Source: a virus | IMG/VR virus record: IMGVR_UViG_3300025098_000014 | Reading direction: 5' to 3' (one strand) | Length of the DNA: 64,000 nucleotides | Shown: positions 60,101 to 64,000 of the stretch, in pieces | How positions within the stretch are numbered: position 1 is the stretch's first letter | How the letters are laid out: every line of letters starts with the position of its first letter | Notes under the pieces: model-generated | Told to the model about the DNA's origin: nothing | Database searches by the model: none | The model's input: the letters and a program-made list of their open reading frames with translations, nothing else | Made by a program: the position numbers and the translations under genes

Positions 60101-60929
60101 CCATGACGATGTTAGATTCTAACTCGTCACTGCTGGAAAGAATACCAGCATATTGCATTGCGCTGGCACCAATCGCAATATTGCGACGGTTAAGGACTGT
60201 TTGTCCAATACCAGCACCGGCAAAGTCACCAATAAAGATGGAAGAGTCAGCACTGCTAAGACCTACAGCAGCATCACGACCAACTCTAATAACATCATTA
60301 GAGAATGTAATATTACTGAAGGATGATACCCCAGTAATTTCTACATTATTTGCAGTAAGTGCATGCCCTACATTTACTTCGTAGTAGTCAGCATTTGTAC
60401 CACTAAGAGTAGTTACAACACCCGCAATTGCACGGAAATCAGTTACACCTAGGGTAGAGAATCCAGCAGCACCAACATCTAATGTGGCAGCAGTTGCAAC
60501 ACCAGATATATTCCAGTTTCTAGCATTAGCCTCGTCATAAACGAGGTCTCCTGTTACATTAAGGTTTCCGCCAACATTAAAGTCGCCAGCGACTGTACCA
60601 ATACCAGATGTAAAGAAGTCATCGACAACTGTCCAAGAATCAACTCTTCCTTGAGAATCAAGGATAAGAACTTTAGATGCTTGAGGTTTGCCGTAATCAG
60701 CAGGGTTGTCATTAAAAAGACTGGTGTAGTATTCACCACCAATAGGAATTGGTGCTGAACCAGGACCAGCAGGGTTACCAATATATAATTTTTTGTAAGA
60801 CTTACCAGCACCAACATCGCTGGTATCGTATGCATATACAAGTTCGCCAAACGATACGCCAGTACCAACTGGAGATATATTCGGCGGGGAGGTTCCAAGT
60901 GTCCTTTTTAAGAGAATCGTTGCGGACAT
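54147..60929 (-). CDS. Long tail fibre / virion fibre protein with 30-aa repeats and a LamG-like domain
   Basis: 2260 aa, G/T/D/I/V-rich; N-terminal ILLKR...GEL; LamG-like DFTIEFW...WKHYAL...IDDFRI. Confidence 0.85.
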   Translation of the reverse strand: MSATILLKRTLGTSPPNISPVGTGVSFGELVYAYDTSDVGAGKSYKKLYIGNPAGPGSAPIPIGGEYYTSLFNDNPADYGKPQASKVLILDSQGRVDSWTVVDDFFTSGIGTVAGDFNVGGNLNVTGDLVYDEANARNWNISGVATAATLDVGAAGFSTLGVTDFRAIAGVVTTLSGTNADYYEVNVGHALTANNVEITGVSSFSNITFSNDVIRVGRDAAVGLSSADSSIFIGDFAGAGIGQTVLNRRNIAIGASAMQYAGILSSSDELESNIVMGNFAGYRLQGTKNLMIGDKVGFALSSPGNDENIALGNQSMYGETFPVVDGVSLSVSIGDQTAVADYDQTEDVTETSGSGVGLLVRLQTGSTGLITNIEIVAPGDGYEVGDTFTMPFGFQTLTGSVTSKDGRFLGGGTGTRQQKQNIAIGPYTLFSVDGSRNIAIGYSAGNDTLGSGNVIIGYERNVAIGDSDNQLAIGNSTINWIDGNQLGYVGIGTTRPFGLLDVGGVVIVDKGTGNTVIAGVTSVPQIDANDIGVEDIKVTAGLATDFAITNAKIQSGIITDTVGTAATITNVDFVNADIEAAKITAGIITDIVGTAATITTIDATEGDIVNAKITAGVVTSLVGTYATITTFDSNEGDINTLKTVAGVVTSIVGYGLTYTVGDFANLDALDAKITTGIITSLTGTYVTFQDANFQDDVRVGGALTVVGDLTVNGTTSFVQSTVVQITDKNIELGFSSTGGHADATADNGGIILKGSTDKEFIYDQAREGWESNLKFIPSADGTLDIGTTDREWKDIYIDGTAHLDAADILDAKITAGIITSQVGTYATITTVDIETLDAKDVNITGLAVTDIVGTAATITTIDATEGDIVNAKITAGIITSLVGTAATIGDVEITGDLRVGGATTFTGNVTFNGGTIGLGDSTTDNIVFTGEVDSDIVPDDDDTFDLGSATKEWKDIYIDGVARVDDLIVDSTVGTYATITTADIDVLDARQTNITGLAVTDIVGTAATITTIDATEGDIVNAKITAGVVTSLVGTYATITTVDIETLDAKQTNITGLAVTDIVGTAATITTVDFEVADILNATVSVGIATSAFVQAGFITSLYDSTGVVGLNTQHMLSTNPDGTITWREPAQIGIATINAKLDTWFVSTNGVDDGDASRGRTPERPYRTIAYALSQISNIGVNDILNIAAGEYEEVFPLIVPAGLTVKGAGLRATKICPTVATKQKDCFLMNDRSVVEDVTIANMYFDTAGNQGYAFKYAPGIAITSRSPYVQRVTVFNKGSNTSASDPYGYGSADSAPSSYIAGGGAYIDGSEVASGSLEAAFLFNEVTFIVPNSKGLIMTNGARTEYLNCFSYFAAEAIKGTSGSLGISSAGETRLRLTGITTVGVGNTITVFDTDGTTGVATAVVASYDGTYIGVTGKQTGFELLNARTAKAVTFNDDAQLDTTVKKFGSASLALDGTNDSISVPSSGDIGFGTNIDFTIEFWAYANTTGLTSATLFDLRDNGTDAEGISIAYRAAGEVDMRVGTTTAITGSGAGIATGVWKHYALARDGTDTRLFVDGTQRGIKTSDTTDYGASKGIVIGADFDGASQNVTGWIDDFRIERGVAKYTANFTAPTAAHTGDKDTVLLLDFNGASGVTTTTDNVIRNQDIRITQSGGGIGTATKVILADYSEFGADMRSVGCAVEYGQKGVIADGDGVSLRMFALNFNHVGSGGDFTNDPNLAIQANEVTELNNGDVSFVSIDQRGDFRVGDAFFVDQENGTVSFSQQVTSLQALSSLQITDGTNSSTVTPTSGTFGNIQISGNNIESTSGDINIDPAGAGDINITGDVNVLGILTATTIQLDSFQKNDTSIALDDSGANGTIRFNTDNVEGMRLDANQKLGIGTAAPRQRLDVLDTAKFERLDVTGVSTFAERVDFNLSIDAVDAKITAGVVTSLVGTYATITTVDIETLDAKDVNITGLAVTDTVGTAATITTIDTESLDAFDAKLTGIAVTNAVFTGIASFKDDVKLHFGDDDDLSIYHDGNNSYIDDSGTGTLAIRSNQIELQKYTGETLANFTADGRVTLHYNNGIKLETLAIGASVRGVTQTGTIDVATDANIHSTLTVDQGTILTGIVTSSAGVEAININVSGILTTNNFRVTGVSTVADITIGAGSSSTKINTNSGELVLDSAAGQVTVQDNLSIIGYGTFRDGLYYRSDQGGLTGIGYSGPNGVAFFEADGRLVSGLSTVGFLTTSNYMLTTDENNIPIWSNSIDGGTF
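54940..59340 (-). repeat. Dispersed blocks of ~90-bp (30-aa) coding repeats in the fibre gene
   Basis: AKITAGVVTSLVGTYATITT / NITGLAVTDIVGTAATITT units at about 54940-55160, 57680-58020, 58260-58530 and 58870-59340. Confidence 0.85.
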
Positions 60930-61141
60930 TAGAAGACACCTCCGTCAATGATGGCAGCAGGGAAATTTTTTGTTGTTTTGAAGGCGTTCGACGCCGCTTC
61001 ATATACCAGGATTGAACCATCCTGTAAGTCTGATGCATCAACATCAGCAAGCAATGACAATCTACCGCCAGAGCCACCCCCAAGGGCACCACTGGCAATA
61101 ACTTTTACTTGATTTGATGTGCCTATTCGTAATGATGGCAT
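60929..61141 (-). CDS. Small virion-associated protein
   Basis: LADVD...DGSILVY...IIDGGVF; C-terminus resembles that of the fibre (IDGGTF). Confidence 0.75.
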   Translation of the reverse strand: MPSLRIGTSNQVKVIASGALGGGSGGRLSLLADVDASDLQDGSILVYEAASNAFKTTKNFPAAIIDGGVF

Positions 61142-61479
61142 TACCTTGTTACTCCTGCTCTGACTAGGACCATTCCTTCAACAACCTTATACTTGAATCC
61201 GCCAGAATCTTCAAGATTTACATCGTAAAAGTATCGCCCTGGCTTAATATCAGCTGTAAGCGTAGATGCCAGAGATATCTGGATCTGACCCTGTTCGGGA
61301 TCGGTAACTGTGGACGCGAATGATACGGCAGTAGTACTTCCCGCCCACTTTCTCATTTGAGATGTGGCGGTATAGTTTGTTAGATTCAAAAATGTGCCTG
61401 TGTCGTTATCTCCTAGACTAAAACCATGTTGAAAATCAACACCTGTATCGACTGAGAGATTAGCAATGTAAACTGCCAT
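61141..61479 (-). CDS. Probable virion structural protein
   Basis: NLTNYTATSQMRK...GRYFYDV...KVVEG. Confidence 0.78.
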   Translation of the reverse strand: MAVYIANLSVDTGVDFQHGFSLGDNDTGTFLNLTNYTATSQMRKWAGSTTAVSFASTVTDPEQGQIQISLASTLTADIKPGRYFYDVNLEDSGGFKYKVVEGMVLVRAGVTR

Positions 61480-61502
61480 TCTTTACATCACGGATTATCC
61501 TA

Positions 61503-61664
61503 TTAGGTATTTAGTTTCCTTAATTCCTGTAATACCTGTTGGAGGGTTAATTTAATTTCTAAAACATCTGTTTTCAGCATTTCCATGTCAGTAGGAGGAA
61601 TACTTTGAGTATCTTCGGAAGCAAATCCATGATACTTTAAAAACTCAGAGTGTGGATTTCTCAT
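61503..61664 (-). CDS. Small coiled-coil protein (53 aa; not in ORF track)
   Basis: MRNPHSEFLKYHGF...LKTDVLEIKLTLQQVLQEL; ATGA coupling. Confidence 0.65.
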   Translation of the reverse strand: MRNPHSEFLKYHGFASEDTQSIPPTDMEMLKTDVLEIKLTLQQVLQELRKLNT

Positions 61665-61864
61665 AATTTATTCGCAATTTTAACTAACATAGATTTAATA
61701 TCATCAATATCCTTTTTCATATCATCAAGTTCCTGCCTTTCATTTTTCTTGGCACTTTTCTCTCTTTGATAAGCATAATAAGCAGAGTCATCGCCGTTAA
61801 CGATGGCTCCGGTATCAGAATCTCTCCAGAGATTAGAATGCCCTTCAACGGGAATTAAACTCAT
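61661..61864 (-). CDS. Small conserved coiled-coil protein
   Basis: VEGHSNLWRD..TGAIVN...DIDDIKSML. Confidence 0.8.
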   Translation of the reverse strand: MSLIPVEGHSNLWRDSDTGAIVNGDDSAYYAYQREKSAKKNERQELDDMKKDIDDIKSMLVKIANKL

Positions 61865-64000
61865 GCTACAGCAATTACTCTCAAATTCTTAATTACGGGA
61901 TGTTTTGCTTGATTAGTTCCTGTGAATACAATTTTAATTTGTAATCCGTTGAAACTTGGCAGGTCATCTACAGAGTATGTATATTCCCTATATTGGGTCT
62001 CGTCAGCACCAACAAAGGAATCTGACATACCATCATTTTGGGTTGGATCAATTACTTGATCACCAATACCATCTCCATCAGTATCAAGAAGATTTCTAAA
62101 TCCGGGGAACAATTCAAAATCAGGTGTTACCTCACTAGAGTCTGTTTTCATAATGCTATACAGAGCTCTAAATTCACACTCAATCGGTCTACGAGCTTCA
62201 AAAATAAGTTTGATTGAAGTTGCAGGATTCTTAGTATAGATCGGTTGCGACATATAATAAGAAGCATGGGGATCATTGAATCTGGACTTAACTCTAGGAT
62301 CAGTACGATAATCCAGAACAGGATTATTGAGTCTGTTCTCATAGAATAGTGCGTTAGCACCTTCAAGATTCACGGTAGGTGAATTAAATTTGTCTCCACT
62401 ATTTGCAAGTTCGACTGTGAATGTAAATGACTTGTTTCTTGGTAATGATCCAAGTCTAGCTGACTCGTTAGTTCTAGCAGCAAGAAGTCTTGTTGTCTCA
62501 AGAATGTTATTTCTATTGAGGTTTAAATCTTCAAATCCCTGATCAAGGAAAGATGTCTCTGAACCGTCAGGAGAAGTACCTGTAACACTTCTCATTTGTA
62601 GAGAAATGAAGTCTGTGGGTCCAAAGGTGGAAGCATCTAATAGTGGTCTTACAGCGTCAAATTGGATGTTTTTAGAAGCATGTACTTGTTGACCACCACC
62701 AGCGGCTTCTTCTTGGAAAGATACCTGAGGAATGTTATTAGAGTTGTCATCAACAGATCTACTAGATCCTCTGTCAACTTTTAAATAATATTCGTCAATA
62801 CCTCTAAGAATGGTTTGCACATCATGCTCAGTATTAATTTTTCTTAAAGAAACCCCATTGTATTCATACTTGTTCACGATATCATCTTTGAGATGATTCA
62901 ATGCGTTCGAGTCATCTACACCCCTTACAACACCACCAAGACTTGAAACTCCAACAGTAGTGTAAGAAATAATTTCACTGTTAATAAACGCATATCCAGT
63001 GTTTGCGGCACTAACTACAGCACCTTCAAATGTACTAAATTGTGTAGTTGATGCAACAGAGATAGAAGTTTCATTTGATGCTAAATTTACGGACAATTCC
63101 GTAGGAATAACATCAGATTGGACATCTGAAAGAATTACCTTGTTCAAAGGACTATGCATACCATGATTACGATGAGATACTTTAAAGTATTCTCCAGTGT
63201 ACACACTTCCGGTTGCATTAAAACTAGTAATATCTAAACCAGTTGCGATTATAGAACCTGAAGTATGGGAATAAGTAGCCTCATTTCCAGCTGAGGTATC
63301 AAAAGTTTCTGCTTGAACATCTGTGAGATACAGAGTATCGATACCATTAATAGAGTTAATCCCAATACGAACACCAGAACCAGATCCACCAACATCTGCA
63401 GTTGTTAGTCCGATTACATCACCAACTTTGTACCCTCTACCAGAAGCAGCAACAGTAACTGCAGTAACAGCTGAGATGCCAGCACCAATAGTGGTGTTTA
63501 AGGTAAGACCTTCTCCGTTACCATTAATATTGTATGTCGTTATTGGATTGGTGGGAGTGCCATAATTGGAACCACCTGTAAGAATACCGACTACTCCCGT
63601 TACAGGACCACCCTTATCTTCAATATATCCATAGCGATATGTAGAGGTTTGTTCACTAATCTTACGACCAGCAGTAAATACTGTGCCGATTAGCCCAGCA
63701 TTTGTTGTTGTTACGATACCAAGTTTTCCTTTCTTAGGAATACCAATGATGGGATCAAAAGATAATGGGGGAAGAAAACCGTTATTTGGTTCAACTGGTG
63801 GGTTGAAGAATGTTAATAGACCCTGCTCCGATGTATAATTCGCTCTGTATAGAGTGAATGTAAGGTCTTCAAACTGTGTGGGTGTCCAAGTTGCACCGTT
63901 TTGTGACTTGAACAATGAACCCATAGCAAATTGCTGAGAGTAAATTTTACCCTTAGCAGAAGGTAGTGACTGTGCATTCAGGGCTTTCTGACCCATTTCA
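61861..64000 (-). CDS. Large virion structural protein, C-terminal part (5' end outside the window)
   Basis: GSLFKSQNGATW...EDLTFTLYRA; C-terminal FNGLQIKIV...PVIKNLRVIA. Confidence 0.82.
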   Translation of the reverse strand, partial: EMGQKALNAQSLPSAKGKIYSQQFAMGSLFKSQNGATWTPTQFEDLTFTLYRANYTSEQGLLTFFNPPVEPNNGFLPPLSFDPIIGIPKKGKLGIVTTTNAGLIGTVFTAGRKISEQTSTYRYGYIEDKGGPVTGVVGILTGGSNYGTPTNPITTYNINGNGEGLTLNTTIGAGISAVTAVTVAASGRGYKVGDVIGLTTADVGGSGSGVRIGINSINGIDTLYLTDVQAETFDTSAGNEATYSHTSGSIIATGLDITSFNATGSVYTGEYFKVSHRNHGMHSPLNKVILSDVQSDVIPTELSVNLASNETSISVASTTQFSTFEGAVVSAANTGYAFINSEIISYTTVGVSSLGGVVRGVDDSNALNHLKDDIVNKYEYNGVSLRKINTEHDVQTILRGIDEYYLKVDRGSSRSVDDNSNNIPQVSFQEEAAGGGQQVHASKNIQFDAVRPLLDASTFGPTDFISLQMRSVTGTSPDGSETSFLDQGFEDLNLNRNNILETTRLLAARTNESARLGSLPRNKSFTFTVELANSGDKFNSPTVNLEGANALFYENRLNNPVLDYRTDPRVKSRFNDPHASYYMSQPIYTKNPATSIKLIFEARRPIECEFRALYSIMKTDSSEVTPDFELFPGFRNLLDTDGDGIGDQVIDPTQNDGMSDSFVGADETQYREYTYSVDDLPSFNGLQIKIVFTGTNQAKHPVIKNLRVIAVA

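Noticed and set aside
54791-60898. Many plus-strand ORFs with repeats inside the fibre gene
   Set aside because: Mirror translations of the repetitive minus-strand gene

Overview
A 64-kb segment of a T4-like marine cyanomyovirus (Kyanoviridae-type, Prochlorococcus/Synechococcus host). Essentially all genes are on the minus strand. Reading from right to left: a partial large virion protein, a 2260-aa fibre protein, neck/tail genes g13-g15, g16, a variable island (petE, petF, a truncated gnd-like gene, an ndhP missed by the ORF track, small ORFs), g17-g23, g3, uvsY, uvsW, g55, g47/g46, a vWA-metallopeptidase plus CobS-like AAA+ pair, g45, g44, dam, a carbamoyltransferase, g62, a ureohydrolase-like ORF, regA, hsp20, g43, uvsX, g41, mazG, a probable late island including a HIGH-family nucleotidyltransferase, g61 and partial nrdA. 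No tRNA, CRISPR array, intron, intein or mobile element was recognised. Best leads: (1) a translationally coupled dam-carbamoyltransferase-(g62)-metallohydrolase cassette in the clamp-loader operon, a candidate DNA-modification system; (2) a small protein whose N-terminus copies the post-cleavage N-arm of gp23 (17/24 identical), plus other proteins with capsid-targeting-like and gp21-site-like signals; (3) a ROSE-like RNA thermometer on hsp20 and an adjacent structured ncRNA candidate; (4) a degenerate Rossmann-only gnd next to ndhP/petF/petE. All family assignments come from motif recognition, not database searches.
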